A DNA stretch of 64,000 nucleotides from contig NC_135255.1 in NCBI RefSeq assembly GCF_964204865.1, positions 13,454,001 to 13,518,000 of the forward strand, given 5' to 3'. This document shows positions 37,001 to 51,219 of this stretch, in pieces. The DNA comes from Styela clava (lineage: Eukaryota). The translations under genes and the position numbers were made by a program. Under the pieces are notes generated by a model. The model searched no databases and had not been told where the DNA came from. It worked only from the letters and a program-made list of their open reading frames with translations. How positions within the stretch are numbered: position 1 is the stretch's first letter; the number at the start of each line of letters is the position of its first letter.

Positions 37001-39381
37001 TCATAATTGGTGCTATGATGTCTTAAAATCTTGGTACCAATACCGTAACCTTTGATGCACAGAGGGTCATATAGAAATGGTTATCTGGCCAGATTGGTTC
37101 AACAGTTATTGTTAATATATACCTTCAACATTGGAGCATTAATAAACATCGTTAGTCAAATGAACTTAACTTATTGAGACAATGTAACTATTTATTACGA
37201 AATTCGAATGATAAGAAATATACTTGAAAATGATTATATGTGATCAAAAAAATAATTCTTACTACAACAATGGTAAAACCTTTAAAAATTTGGCGATTAT
37301 AATAATTGAAGTTGAGTTCGTTGCAACACTGTTTGCAAAAGCCATCTTATAGTAACATCTGGTGATAAACCATTTACAGGGATCCCACCTTATAAAGAGA
37401 AAGAATATTGATAACAAACAACAATAAAATTTACGAAAAGGTCCCAAAGTCAAAAACAAAGTAAAAGAATAACGTAAAAATCCCCTTCAACATTATTCAG
37501 CAAGTTTGAAATGAGTTGATCGTAAAGAAATTCCCTTTTTACAACATTTAAATCCTACGTCGGAAGCTGTAAAACAAGTCAAACAATCTTGTGGCATTAT
37601 GGAATTAGAGGGGTAGCAAACCAACTCCTGGCTAACTACTTGACCAATAGAATGCAATTTGTTCAAATTGGTTCATACTGTTCTCTTACCTTGCCTGTGC
37701 CCTCCAGGGATCTTGCTTGTGTCTCAACATCATTCTTAATTTTTTCTCAATGATCTTCCCCACAGTTTCACACTATTTTCAAAATTGTTCGCTGATGACA
37801 CAAACCTTCATGATAGCGACAAGTCTCCGGATGTGCTTGAGTCCAGAGTGAACACTAAAATACAAAAAAGTAGCAAATTGATGAAACTTAAACTGACATT
37901 GAATGTTGAAAAATCAAAAACTATGCTATTGCGGTAAGGATGCTGTATCGGCTCAGGTTTTTCTCTTCAATTTCAACTTTGTACATGGTTTACTTTGTCT
38001 TGTTCCAGTCTCATTTGCAATATGGAATTGTAGCTTGGGGATCAGCTAAGAAAACCATTCTACGTAGAATCGAGATAATTCAAAACAGCGCTATGCGTGC
38101 TGTACTCTTTGCTGGACCAATGTCAAAAATAAACCCCCACTACCATAAGATGCAACTAATCAATATGGCAGATATTTATAAAAGCGAGGTATTAAAACTC
38201 ATGCACCAGCACCATAAAACTGCCTACTGCATTTTGTCAAACAAACCAGTGTACACTCTTGTGCAACTCGGTCCGCTGCCAATAGCCCATACTATGTGCC
38301 TCGCTATTCCACCAATCAGCCAATTGTTCTAGATTTATATGGAATGAGTGTTATCTTTATTTGTCCATGTTTTTTATAATATGCTATCACCATCACCATC
38401 ACCATAATTACCGTACTTTCATCAACACTGTGGTTTACTTTGTTTCCAGTATTATTTGCTCCCCCCTGACAGAGCAAAATAACTCCAGTATGACTTTTTC
38501 CCACAAGTATTTTACCTCAATATCCTCAAGATTCCTTAATAGGCTATCCATCATCATTATATAAATTCGCATAAATGTTGTATTTTTACCCAAATAGTAT
38601 GTGCACCTTGCAAGAGTCATAGCACAAAATAACTTTATAGCTTATGAACTTTTCCAATACTTGGATAAAGGCAAACTTCATTTAATATTCTGTTACCTTT
38701 AATACTATAATAGTCAATGTTCCATAACAGGCTAATCATCATTGTATCATTATATTCCATATACGTTGTTTAATATTTTCCAATATCATGTGTGGCATCG
38801 CAATCAAACTTAAAACTGACATTTTTCACCTAAAATCCAGTTTATGTATTTCTAGTTTCCACTATTGTTGCGGAGAATCCCCTATGTGGTTATATCGATA
38901 AGCCTTGTCACCTCTGTGAAGCTACAGCTGGTAGAAATTTGACTTTCGTGTGCAGCCATCGATGTAATTTCGTGATGTAATGTACGTACTTTTGATAAAT
39001 AGGGGTATCTCCAACAGGGGAGTACCACAATTTCATAGTTCGAGTAGTTTTAGGTTCAAGGTGTGTGAAAAACTTTAAAACCCTAAATGATCTTCAGCAG
39101 TCAGGGTAATAGTCAACTAAACTATCAATTATGTAAAACTGTTTTGTTAACATTACATGATGAATTTTTTTGTCAAAGAGTTCTCAAACATAACATCAAA
39201 TGCAAACTGGAAACACAAATAAGATTTGAATCTAGAATTCACAACAAACAGAACAAAATGTAATTTTCATTTTCTGAATAAAATAGTCAACTGTGATGAT
39301 TCAGAATCGAGAATTTCCAACATGAATATAAATTATTTTCAAACAGAGATAACTAAATTTTTCATTTTCTAAATATAATAG

Positions 39382-40218
39382 TCAACTGCGAAGTCTTTTA
39401 CAAGAATAATTGTTATCGGATGGAACTTCGCAAAACCCAAATGAATTTTGACCAAGCAACACAAGCATGTAGAGATATTGGTATGAATATTGGATACATT
39501 GAAGATGAAATACAGTTAGTCAGATCAAAATCAACATTATCTCATACAGGATACTGGACAGGACTATTGTACATAAACTCAGTGAGTATTTAAATTTGAT
39601 TCATAATGAATATGATGAACTACTGCTTCTTCATCATTTCTTCTCATTAGATTATCCATGATTCAGCTCAGTTTAGGCTCGGCGGTGTGTATAACATGAT
39701 GCTAAGCGTTGAGAAAATGCTTGCCACCCACAGCACCTCTGATTATCCTGCGTGGGTTCGCAGGCCCGAATCCTGTGTGGGTTAATTATGTACAAGATGA
39801 ATGCAGGACTCTTCGACTTTGTAGGGGGATTCACATAACCGCTGGTCGGTTACGTCTTCCTTCACCATCAAGTCCATGCATCCAAGAACAAAAAATGGCT
39901 GACTAATCACATACCCAACATGAACTGTTAATCGGACAAAAGGTCAAAGTCTTCCATATGATTATTATTAAACTGCCTTATTGTCCCCCCCTGATTAATA
40001 TGTAACTCCTATCTTATTTATTTCAGCAACTTGTGACTCTTTCTGGAGATCCATCACCCTTCACTAAATGGCATCCAAGTAAACCCAATATTGGTGCGCA
40101 ATACAAAAATGTGTACATTTGGGTCAATAAAGGTACAGGAAATGTATACCAGGGCATGGATAACTACATTCCAACACACAAACAAGCTGGAGTGTTATGT
40201 CAAATCATGAATACTTAA
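39382..40218 (+). other. Orphan CTLD exon pair B1 (no signal/collagen exon); pseudogene or alternative 3' cassette
   Basis: Exons 39382-39581 (in-frame 18-nt deletion, HYQKIAE to Q) and 40027-40218 are open with intact splice sites. Only a 3' remnant of the neck exon remains at about 39086-39105. Confidence 0.75.
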
Positions 40219-40543
40219 GATCAAATTAACAAGATCGGATTAGCAAGCATTGTCCACAGAGTTCTTTTCGTTAACTTCTCTGATCACACAATACTACAAT
40301 GCTAGTTTTATCGACAATATCCAAACTCAATAAAGCATATGATGAACTATTTAACTTCATGAATAATCATTTTATTTACAATCATCGATTCTGACTTATA
40401 TAGGTGGCATTGTGTTTTGCTTTTTGTTTTCATTGGCAACAAATATATAAATATTAAAAAATAAAGAAATACAATATTTATAAAATATAGAGATGGGGGA
40501 AGTTAAAGTACAATGATACCTCGGTAGTGGAATGACCTGGTAT

Positions 40544-41579
40544 CAAGGCTGTCCAAGTGAACCAAACATTCGAAATCGAAACGCAAATTATTCGAAGCGT
40601 TTTTCGGCCAATTGGGAATCACCAAAATTTGGTACATAATGCGCCTCACGACCACCTTTGCAGCGCGTTTTCCACCGAGCAAGCAAAAACGTATTTCTAT
40701 CGCTCTCTTTGCTGTAAAACGGTGTCTCTCTTATTGCCCGGTGACATGTAATCATCCATTTCATGCATGGTCATAAATGAAAAGTCATCGGTAACAAAGA
40801 TCTAAAGATGACGTTTTTTGAGAGAACACAAAAAAAAGGCAATTCAATATCAACAAAGACGCCAGTTCTATAAATAGAATCGATTTGTAGCTGTAGAGTC
40901 AGTAATCATAGGAACATGGTACAGGGCTGAGACATATTCTGGAGCTTGGAGGTACAATTCCTTTTTTCAATGAAATTTGTTATTTCTTCTAATGGCAATA
41001 CTTTGTACTGTATTACCCATCTATTACTATGACAAATAATTGCACGCTTGCATAATGATGGCTGCTGTACAGCAACAATATGGTCATCAAACTAGCTCTG
41101 AATTTGTGAGTTCCCGAAATGCAATTCTAAATTTTTTGGGCAACAGTTATATCTACATTAATAGTTGTTTATCATTTTGCTGAAAATTAAACAGAAAATC
41201 TTGAGTTAATAATACTAATGATAATAGGATAAAAATAGCAAATACAGGATTTGCATGCCCTATTGAAACTCAATCCATTAAAACTGAGTAAATAACGCAA
41301 TGATGAAGGTCTTTGCAATTTACAACTCTTAAAACTTGATAGTTTCCGAAACCCTAATATTTTGACCAGTTCAAGGAGGCTCGTGATCTCCTTTTATAAC
41401 TCTGGAAACATAATTATGCAAAATAGTAGCAATAATTTAGATGTAACTGCACATTCGTTATAACACTATCGAAGAGGAAGTTTTTATTGTACAATAGAAC
41501 CAAATTTAGGATTGCGCAGTAATATTCGATTATTCGGTTCAATTCGAATAAAAAAAATTATCGATTTTGGACAGCCCTA
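40544..41579. mobile_element. Non-autonomous hAT (Ac-like) element
   Basis: TIR (T/C)A(A/G)GGCTGTCCAA...TTGGACAGCCCTA, 8-bp TSD CCTGGTAT, subterminal ATTCGA repeats. Copies at 51220-52256 and 60460-~61230 (3'-deleted). Confidence 0.8.
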
Positions 41580-43003
41580 CCTGGTATTTGAACATTCGGC
41601 AGTCGACCAAAGAATTATAGTCAAAAATACTGCGGTATTTAAACAGAAATTAGGTGCTCGAACACCCGAGCATGCGGCCGAGTGAAATCACATTACTTGA
41701 ACCACGATCTCGGCTGCCTCTCGACTACTTAACAAGAGAGCGATGCTCAAATATATGAACACGAAAGACAAAACAAAGATGTATGATTTCTGTTACAATA
41801 GACTGCCGGTACACCTATTTTCACGACTAACGAGGAAGCAGAACCGCCACTAGATGGACAATTTTTTTGCATTCATCGAAAACAATAAACAAATCCCATG
41901 GAAGCCACAGATTTTTAATTTCATTATGTTTAATCTTTATTATGTACACATTTAAATAATTATTGTTGTTTAAATACACTTTCTGTTGATAGTTAGTCAA
42001 AAGCATATTACATTACATAGACTGTCTAATATATTATATTCTTTAATTTAACATTTCTCACCATTTCCTCACTTTTCTCCTCGACCTCCTCTTTCTCTTC
42101 TGTATCCTCTGTCTTCTCCTCTTCCACTTTTTTCTTCTTATTTACAGTGGAATACACAGGTTCTTTATCTGGTAGAAGCGGGAAATTTATGATTATTATA
42201 GAGTTAACAATTTTAATTTATTGCTCGTTTAATTTTGCCACCTAAGATGGGAGGATAAGTCGTAACCCGTAACTGACCAACGGTTTTGTGAACCACCCTA
42301 TGGCGACGAGGAGTCCAGCAATCTTCTCGCACATAATTATCCACCACAAGATTCGAACTTGTGAACCCAAGCAGGGTAATCAGAGGTGGCGAGCGTATTC
42401 CTAACATTTTTTTTATTTTTATATACTTTTCAAGAAATAATAATTTAGATAATTTAGTGCCATGTTTTTGTGGCTCAGTTGTAGTTGCAAAAAACATTGT
42501 TAATAACTTTTTTCAAGCTGCAAAAAACATTTAAATGCCCAAATGTCTGTGTTTTCGGTATTTCATCATTTCCTTGCACGAACAGGTCAAGACTTTGGTA
42601 TTGACAACAATACCAAAAGCGCAGAAATTTCACAGCCAAATAGTGTGGGAAACAAGTTTTTTGCAATTTCCCAAGACAGTTCAAAACACCCCACAACAAA
42701 AATAGCATTTTTTAGTCCTTAGAATTTAATGGCTGAAAACAACAAAGCATCTGAAAATGACCCAAAGGCATCAACCCAATATAAATACTCTACTTGCTAC
42801 AGTATGTTGCCTAATACAGTAGGTTAGCAAGCATAGATGTCTTTGCCCCAACTATATAAATTACAGAAAGAGTAAGTTATAAGTTTTATTGAAGTGGACT
42901 TGCAAGTGGATTAGTTGATGCAATATATAGCGTATATATATATATTCGATTCAATATAACCTACCAGCTGTGTTTTAATGTTAGCTTCAAACAGGCGTTG
43001 AAT

Positions 43004-44756
43004 ATGAGTAAGGGTATACTATATTGGATGTTTTTGAGCATTCAATTGCTCGTCAATCAAGTATATTGCAATCAAAGAATTTGCATGCAAATTGAAAATG
43101 TCAATGCAGAAGAAACGTACCCAATTCCACCACAACAAAGTTCACAGGGTGTTCCGGGCAAACGTGGACCACCTGGTGAAATTGGACCAAAAGGATCACA
43201 GGGGCCCAGAGGACCAAAAGGAATTGTTGATTATGAAAGAATTAATGCAGCAATAGAATCAGGTAATTTAAATTAATATTGGTCGTAAGCATCAGTGGGG
43301 CTTGTACAAAGCCTTGTTTGAAGTGGAAGATCTTGCAAAAATTACAGATTTCCGTATATAAGAATATACTGAAGTTTACTTCTTATTGTATATATATATA
43401 TATATAGTTTACATCTTTTTAAATGATGATATAATGACTGTCTGTATAAATGGACTTGGTATAGACAGAACTTAATAATTGGGTTTGTGCAGAACATCCA
43501 AGTATGTTATGTTGTGGACTTCATTTACTCATACATTGGTAAAATTAAAACAATGTATCCCTAATTTTGATGCTTTTATAAAATTTAGTTTGTTTGATTT
43601 GTATTATTACTTCAGCGACCCATACTTTTTTATTTAACCCATTGCAGCGATAAATGAGCTGCGGACAGAAACGGAAGAGAAGATGAATAAAACTATGAAT
43701 GATCTTCAGCAGAGGATGGGTAATAGTTACTAAACTATCAATTATGCAAAATTTTTTTGTTAACATTACATGATGAATTTTTTGTCAAAGAGTTTTGTCT
43801 CAAATATAAAATCAAATGCAAACTAGAAACCTAAAAATTGTTCGACAAATATGATTTAGAATCTTAGAATTCCCAACACAAAATTAATTTTTTCTCAAAC
43901 AGAGATAAATGAAATTTTCATTTTCTAAATATAATAGTCAACTGTGATGTCCTTCACATGAATAATTGTTATCGGATGATACTTCGTGGAACCAAAATGA
44001 ATTTTGACCAAGCAACACAAGCATGTGGAGATATTGGTATGAATATTGGATACATTCAAGATGGAACACATTATCAAAAAATAGCAGAGTTAGTCAGATC
44101 AAAATCAACATCATCTCTTACAGGATACTGGACAGGACTATTGTACATAAACTCAGTGAGTATTTAAATATGATTCATAACGAATATGGTGAACCAGCAA
44201 TTTTTTATCATTTCTATCACATTAAACTATCATTGACTTATCTCGGCTTAGGCTTAGAGCATAGTGCCAAACGTTAGGAATACGCTTGCCACAACACCTC
44301 TGATTACCCTGGGTGGGTTGGATGGTCCGATCCTGTGTGGGATAACTATGTACCAGATAATTGCTGGATTCCTCGCTTCCATAGGGTGGTTCACATAACC
44401 ACTGTCCACTGGTCAGTTACAGCTTCCTTCACCGTCAAGTTCATGCATCAGAAAACTGGCTAACTAACCCCATAACCAACATGACTGGGTTCCCCATATC
44501 ATTATTAAGTCACCTTATCGTCTCACCCTTGATACATATGTAACTCCCATCCTATCTATTTCAGCAACTTGTGACACTTTCTGGAAATCCATCACCATTC
44601 ACTAAATGGCATCCGGGTACACCCAGAAGTGGTGAGCAATACAAAAATGTGTTCATTTATGTCAGGAAAGATACAGGAAATGTTTACCAGGGCATGGATA
44701 ACTACATTCCAACACACAAACAAGCTGGAGTGTTATGTCAAATCATGAATACTTAA
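43004..44756 (+). CDS. Mini-collectin 3, intact, 246 aa
   Basis: Exons 43004-43262, 43648-43719, 43938-44155, 44565-44756 are in frame. Confidence 0.88.
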
Positions 44757-45340
44757 GATCGGATTAAAAGCATTATCCACAGAGTTATATTTGTTAACTT
44801 CTCTGATCACACAATACTACAATGCTAGTTATATTGTCAATATTCAAATAACGTAAATCGTATGGTGCACCTGATTACAGAATTCCATTTTTTATGTTTA
44901 TTTTATGATTTGATTAATATCTTGCTTGATATCAATCCTCCATGAGATGACTATGGTCAAAATTAATATTATATAAATAATGAAAAATAAAAAAGTATGG
45001 TATATATAAAAGATAGAAATGGGAGAAGCATATTTGATTATTAAAGCAGTTGTTTTGTGGAAAACAGCAAATTTCCATTTTATGACAGTTGAAGGATTAA
45101 TTAACATTAACAAACAGACAATTTTTCCTAATACCATTAATTCTTTGGAAGGGAATTTGATGAAAAAACAATGTCATGCGCACTCTAAAATAAAGGAAAT
45201 TGATAACCACTGAAGTATAAAGAGCTACTGAGATTATAAGAATTTTGATGTAGAATTCAGTGTTGGTGCATGTGTATTCAAAATATAATGCAATAAACGT
45301 AATAAAGGATCTATAATTAGAAAACATCTCAATACCATAC

Positions 45341-48300
45341 CTGTGTGGCAGCTAAGCTGTCTCCCCTCTTCACCAAAACATCTGCCCACATCATAGAAAT
45401 ATCAGTCACTTTCTTTTTCATCTGTCTTATCGTTTCCTCATTTAATAACAGTTTTTGTATCGCAGTAGTCATAGTTTTACACAAAAAACTGTAAATCCAA
45501 GAGAAAATTTTTTTCTCCAATGAAAATGATGTTATAAATATAACTTTGCCATTGTCAAGATAGAGTTTGTAAAACTTCATTTGTCTTTTCCTATTTTTTC
45601 TAACAAAAATGAAAATGAGATAGACAAGAAGAAATTGAAAACTCAGTCAAACCTTTCCTCTTATTACTAGAATCTTATCATTTTCAGGAACAAATTATTA
45701 AAGTTACAAAATTTCTGACATTACATTTTGATAAATGTGGAATGAAAATTTACATTTAGTTTTGAATTTGCGATAATCTTTAGAATAGAAAGACATAAAT
45801 CAGAATGATATGTTTAATTTGTTACTGTATATATGATACTATGTAAATAAAATCATTCAGTTATTCAGTTGTTTTATTCGTCGATCATGGGGGAATGCAA
45901 CATAGAATTCAATGAAAGGAATAAACAAGTTATAAAGTACTGGTTAGGATGAAGTTAAAAAAATAGAGGATTCTCAATTCTTACTTGCAACTATTAGCAG
46001 CGTCCAATTTTTGCTGAGATATTTCCAATCGCATTTTTTCCCGAAGTAATTGTAACGCTGATAATGGATCTTCAGTTGATGAAGAATTCTTGATAGCAAC
46101 TGAATCAATCATAATTATAGTAAAATTCGGTGTAACTTTGAAAAATCAGAAATACAAATGACAGAACTGCCCTAAGGAGTGAAACCATTGAATGGATCAA
46201 ATATCTAACTGCTAAGGGTGAGGAACATGATTGTCACCACTCTGATTACATGTGTAAGTTCGCAGGTTTGAATCCTGTGAGAGATAATTATGAGCGAGAA
46301 AATGGCATGATTACTCGCTGCCATAGGGTGGTTCACGTGACTGCAAACTCATCCCATACCCAACATGGACCGGGAACTGGACAAGAAGCTGTAGTTCATC
46401 ATGTGATATAGCAGTCTTAATGGCATTCCCCTCTGCCAGAATAAATATGTGGATCATCTCCTATGATAATACCTATGATATAGTCCTAATTGCCATTATA
46501 TCAAAATTCATACCCTACAGACACACTCCTATTCTTATATTTTCAAATTTTATCTATGCGAATTTTTTAGTCTTAACGAGAGAAAATATATTTTCATATG
46601 TATTTGGAATGGTAAATTATTTAGTTTGGCCATCCCGGACCCTCACCGTTATCCGAGTGAACAGGTCATAAAGCGTTGAGAATCACCCCCAATGGGCATA
46701 TTCGATAGTCTATTAGGCTACTCACCGTCAAGGTCAGCATGCAGGTTAGAATAGAAATTTTCATCAAGTTTATTCCTTGAATTAAAGTCAAGCTGAACTT
46801 CTAATCCTGGATAAACTTTGATCTCGATATAATTTCGAGCATTGTATGCAGAGCTGAAAAGCGACAAAAAAAATGATATGTATTTCTGCTCAGTACAGAA
46901 ATTTGACTCACAAATTCAAAGTAATTATGAGAATAACGGATTCAGGTATTTTTTTTCATTGTGCATGAAAAATTCAGTCAGTTTTTAGAGTCTGTAAATC
47001 TGAATATTGAAATTTCAAAGGAGTAAAGGATATGTATTTCTGCTCAATATAGAAATTTGACTCACTCACAAATACAAAGTAATTATGGGAATAACGGATT
47101 CAGGTATTTATTTTCACTGTGCATGAAAAATTTAGTCAGTTTTTAGTTTTTATAGTCTGTAAATTTGACTATTGCAATTTTCAAAAGAGTAAATGAGAAA
47201 ACAATAACACATAAAAAGCAGTGCTGTTTTGACAGCAAAAGAATAGGATGTTTCACTAAATAGTGCATTGTGAAAAAAAAACAATAAAACAGCTCAACCA
47301 ATAACCATATTGCAAACCATAACATATCCTATTATTCGATTGCTAGTCTACCTTGTGTATAAGGAAAAGGTAACTAATTGATCATTTGAGATAGATGGAT
47401 ATGGATAAAACTTGGTATTGTTTTTAGACGCTCACTTGCACCTTTCGCTGCCTACAACACCCTGTACCTGTAGCAACTGAGAACTCACTCAAACCCAATC
47501 AAAATTTATGGAGCTACTGCTATTCGAACGGCCACAGATCTTGCCAGTTAGGCATTGCCTACACATTTTTATAATACCTTGGGTGAGGTGGGACTCATGG
47601 GATATTAACCAAAGATGTTTAATATTATTAAAGTAAACATAAAACTCAATTTTTGTTACATTACCTTATATTTGGAAAAAAGCACTGTGGAAGAGTATTG
47701 AAATGCACGACGTTTAAATATGCCAACCAGGATGATTAAGATCAGTCGACGTCAAACATCTATTCGAAGAAGATGTAGAAAAGGTGGGAAACTTCTGACA
47801 TTGTGGAGAGAATTCTTTTACTGTTACCTGTAGAAATGTTTTCGAATGTTGGAGGGGCAAAAGTCGTAAATTAAGGTCAGTCTAGATAAGGATTATTCAA
47901 AATGAACCTTCCGCTCCACTAGGGGACCACAGAGAATTTCCCTCTGGGCAAAAAGAACTTTAACTAGGTTTCATTCACGATGACGATGACAGATCTAGAT
48001 TAACATTCCAATTTATCGAGTAAAATCTTGTCTGATATTATGCAGAAAATTTGAAAAAAAAAAAAAAAAAAATAACTTCTTTTGAAATATTTTGCTCTCG
48101 GTCACGAATTATACATATGGATAGCTATACTATTTCTCATTGTTGTTATTCTTGTTGACGTTATTTGGAAAAAAAGGCCAGTACTGCTTGATTTTTCATT
48201 TTTAGTACTTAGATAGAAAAAGTTGCAAATTTGCTATTGCTTTTATTTTATTTCTCAAATTTTTCTATGAGACCATTATATTTACAAAAAACTTTTAGGG

Positions 48301-48920
48301 CTTTAATTAAAGGGGACACTTTTTTATTCCATCATACTGGTCTTTTTTGTCATAGATGGTGCTATGAGGTCTTAAAATCCTGGTACCGATACCGTAACCT
48401 TTGATGCACAGAGGGTCATATAGAAATGGTTATCTGGCCAGATTGGTTCAACAGTTATTGTTAATATATGCCTTCAACATTGGAGCATTAATAAACATCG
48501 TTAGACAAATGAACTTAACTTATTGAGACAATGTAACTATTTATCACGAAATTCGAATTATTAGAAATATACTTGAAAATGATTAATTTGATCAAAAAAA
48601 TAATTCTTACTTTCAACAATGGTAAAACCTTTAAGAATTTGGCGATTAGAATAATTGAAGTTGAGTTTGTCGCAACACTGTTTGCAAAAGCCATCTTGAA
48701 GTAACATCTGGTGATAAACCATTTACAGGGATCCCACCTTATAAAGAGAAAGAATATTGATAACAAACAACAATAAAATTTACGAAAAGGTCCCAAAGTC
48801 AAAAACAAAGTAAAAGAATAACGTAAAAATCCCCTTCAACATTATTCAGCAAGTTTGAAATGAGTTGATCGTAAAGAAATTCCCTTTTTACAACATTTAA
48901 ATCCTACGTCGGAAGCTGTA
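45341..48920 (-). pseudogene. ZFC3H1: ZFC3H1-like fragment, copy 3
   Basis: Paralogous exons (..WADVLVKRGDSLAATQ; LWLAY exon with the same 1-nt deletion as copy 2). The downstream exons are absent. Confidence 0.65.
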
Positions 48921-50060
48921 AAACAAGTCAAACAATCTTGTGGCATTATGGAATTAGAGGGGTAGCAAACCAACTCCTGGCAACTACTTGACCAATAGAA
49001 TGCAATTTGTTCAAATTGGTTCATACTGTTCCCCTACCTTGCCTGTGTCCTCCAGGGATCTTGCTTGTGTCTCAACATTATTCTTCATTTTTATCAATGA
49101 TCTTCCCCACAGCTTCACACTATTTTCAAAATTTTTCGCTGATGACCCCAATCTTCATGATAGCGACAAGTCTCCGGATGTGCTTGAGTCAAGAGTGAAC
49201 ACTAAAATACAAAAAAGTAGCGAATTGATGAAACTTAAACTAACATTGAATGTTGAAAAATCAAAAACTATGCTATTGCGGTAAGGATGCTGTATCGGCT
49301 CAGGTTTTTCTCTTCAATTTCAACTTTGTACATGGTTTACTTCACCTTATTTCAGTCTCATTTGCAATATGGATTTGTAGCTTGGGGATCATCTAAGAAA
49401 ACCTTTCTACGTCGCATCAAAATATTTCAAAACAGCGCTATGCGTGTTGTACTCTTTGCTGGACCAATGTCAAAATTAAACCCCCACTAAGATGCAATTA
49501 ATCAAAATGGCAGATATTTATAAAAGCGAGGTATTAAAACTCATGCACCAGCACCATAAAACTGCCTACTGCATTTTGTCAAACAAACCAGTTGCCAGTG
49601 TACACTCTTGTGCAACTCGGTCCGCTGCCAATAGCCCATACCATGTGCCTCGCCTCGCTATTCCACCAATCAGCCAATTGTTCTAGATTTATATGGAATG
49701 AGTGTTATCTTTATTTGTCCATGTTTTTTATAATATGCTATCACCATCACCATCACCATAATTACCGTACTCTCATCAACACTGTGGTTTACTTTGTTTC
49801 CAGTATTATTTGCTCCCCCCTGACAGAGCAAAATAACTCCAGTATGACTTTTTCCCACAAGTATTTTACCTCAATATCCTCAAGATTCCTTAATAGGCTA
49901 TTCATCATTCAACTGTTTTGTTAACATTACATGATGAATTTTTTTGTCAAAGAGTTCTCAAACATAAAATCAAATGCAAACTGGAAACACAAATAAGATT
50001 TGAATCTAGAATTCCCAACAAACAGAACAAAATGTAATTTTCATTTTCTAAATATAATAG

Positions 50061-50894
50061 TCAACTGCGAAGTCTTTTACAAGAATAATTGTTATCGGAT
50101 GGAACTTCGCAAAACCCAAATGAATTTTGACCAAGCAACACAAGCATGTAGAGATATTGGTATGAATATTGGATACATTGAAGATGAAACACAGTTAGTC
50201 AGATCAAAATCAACATTATCTCATACAGGATACTGGACAGGACTATTGTACATAAACTCAGTGAGTATTTAAATTTGATTCATAATGAATATGATGAACT
50301 ACTGCTTCTTCATCATTTCTTCTCATTAGATTATCCATGATTCAGCTCAGTTTAGGCTCGGCGGTGTGTATAACATGATGCTAAGCGTTGAGAAAATGCT
50401 CGCCACAGCACCTCTGATTATCCTGCGTGGGTTCGCAGGCCCGAATCCTGTGTGGGTTAATTATGTACAAGATGAATGCAGGACTCCTCGACTTTGTAGG
50501 GGGATTCACATAACCGCTGGTCGGTTACGTCTTCCTTCACCATCAAGTCCATGCATCCAAGAACAAAAAATGGCTGACTAATCACATACCCAACATGAAC
50601 TGTTAATCGGACAAAAGGTCAAAGTCTTCCATATGATTAATATTAAACTACCTTATTGTCTCCCCCCTGATTAATATGTAACTCCTATCTTATTTATTTC
50701 AGCAACTTGTGACTCTTTCTGGAGATCCATCACCATTCACTAGATGGCATCCAAGTAAACCCAATATTGGTGCGCAATACAAAAATGTGTACATTTGGGT
50801 CAATAAAGATACAGGAAATGTATACCAGAGCATGGATAACTACATTCCAACACACAAACAAGCTGGAGTGTTATGTCAAATCATGAATACTTAA
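50061..50894 (+). other. Orphan CTLD exon pair B2
   Basis: Exons 50061-50260 and 50703-50894 are open with the same 18-nt deletion. The neck remnant was removed by a deletion near 49910. Confidence 0.75.
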
Positions 50895-51219
50895 GATCAA
50901 ATTAACAAGATCGGATTAGCAAGCATTGTCCACAGAGTTCTTTTCGTTAACTTCTCTGATCACACAATACTACAATGCTAGTTTTATCGACAATATCCAA
51001 ACTCAATAAAGCATATGATGAACTATTTAACTTCATGAATAATCATTTTATTTACAATCATCGATTCTGACTTATATAGGTGGCATTGTGTTTTGCTTTT
51101 TGTTTGCATTGGCAACAAATATATAAATATTAAAAAATAAAGAAATACAATATTTATAAAATATAGAGATGGGGGAAGTTAAAGTACAATGATACCTCGG
51201 TAGTGGAATGACCTGGTAT

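Larger units (their letters stand above)
20353..37570 (-). pseudogene. ZFC3H1: ZFC3H1-like C-terminal region, copy 2
   Basis: Same exons as copy 1 (e.g. 29704-29509 ..FSDYTFHNQ, 34574-34427 ..SATQ). A 1-nt deletion near 36472 (CCAACCAGGATG vs CCAACCAAAGATG) frameshifts the LWLAY exon. Confidence 0.7.
17538..38960 (+). repeat. Segmental duplication unit A2 (paralog of A1 plus a 7.6-kb nested TE insertion)
   Basis: Collinear with 1203-16740. Carries hAT+BEL at 21834-29464 and lacks the hAT at 12549. Confidence 0.9.

Noticed and set aside
38361-38564. Poly-His ORFs (also 49592-49924)
   Set aside because: They are translations of a (CACCAT)n microsatellite next to the LINE relic.
1203-38960. 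A1 and A2 as two allelic haplotypes falsely assembled in tandem
   Set aside because: Not fully excludable without read depth or long reads. However, eight CTLD loci with shared-derived TE insertions and distinct junctions require true tandem duplication of at least most units.
41843-41858. CTCF-like motif GCCACTAGATGGAC repeated per unit
   Set aside because: The match is imperfect and its recurrence is explained by segmental duplication; it cannot be supported without ChIP data.
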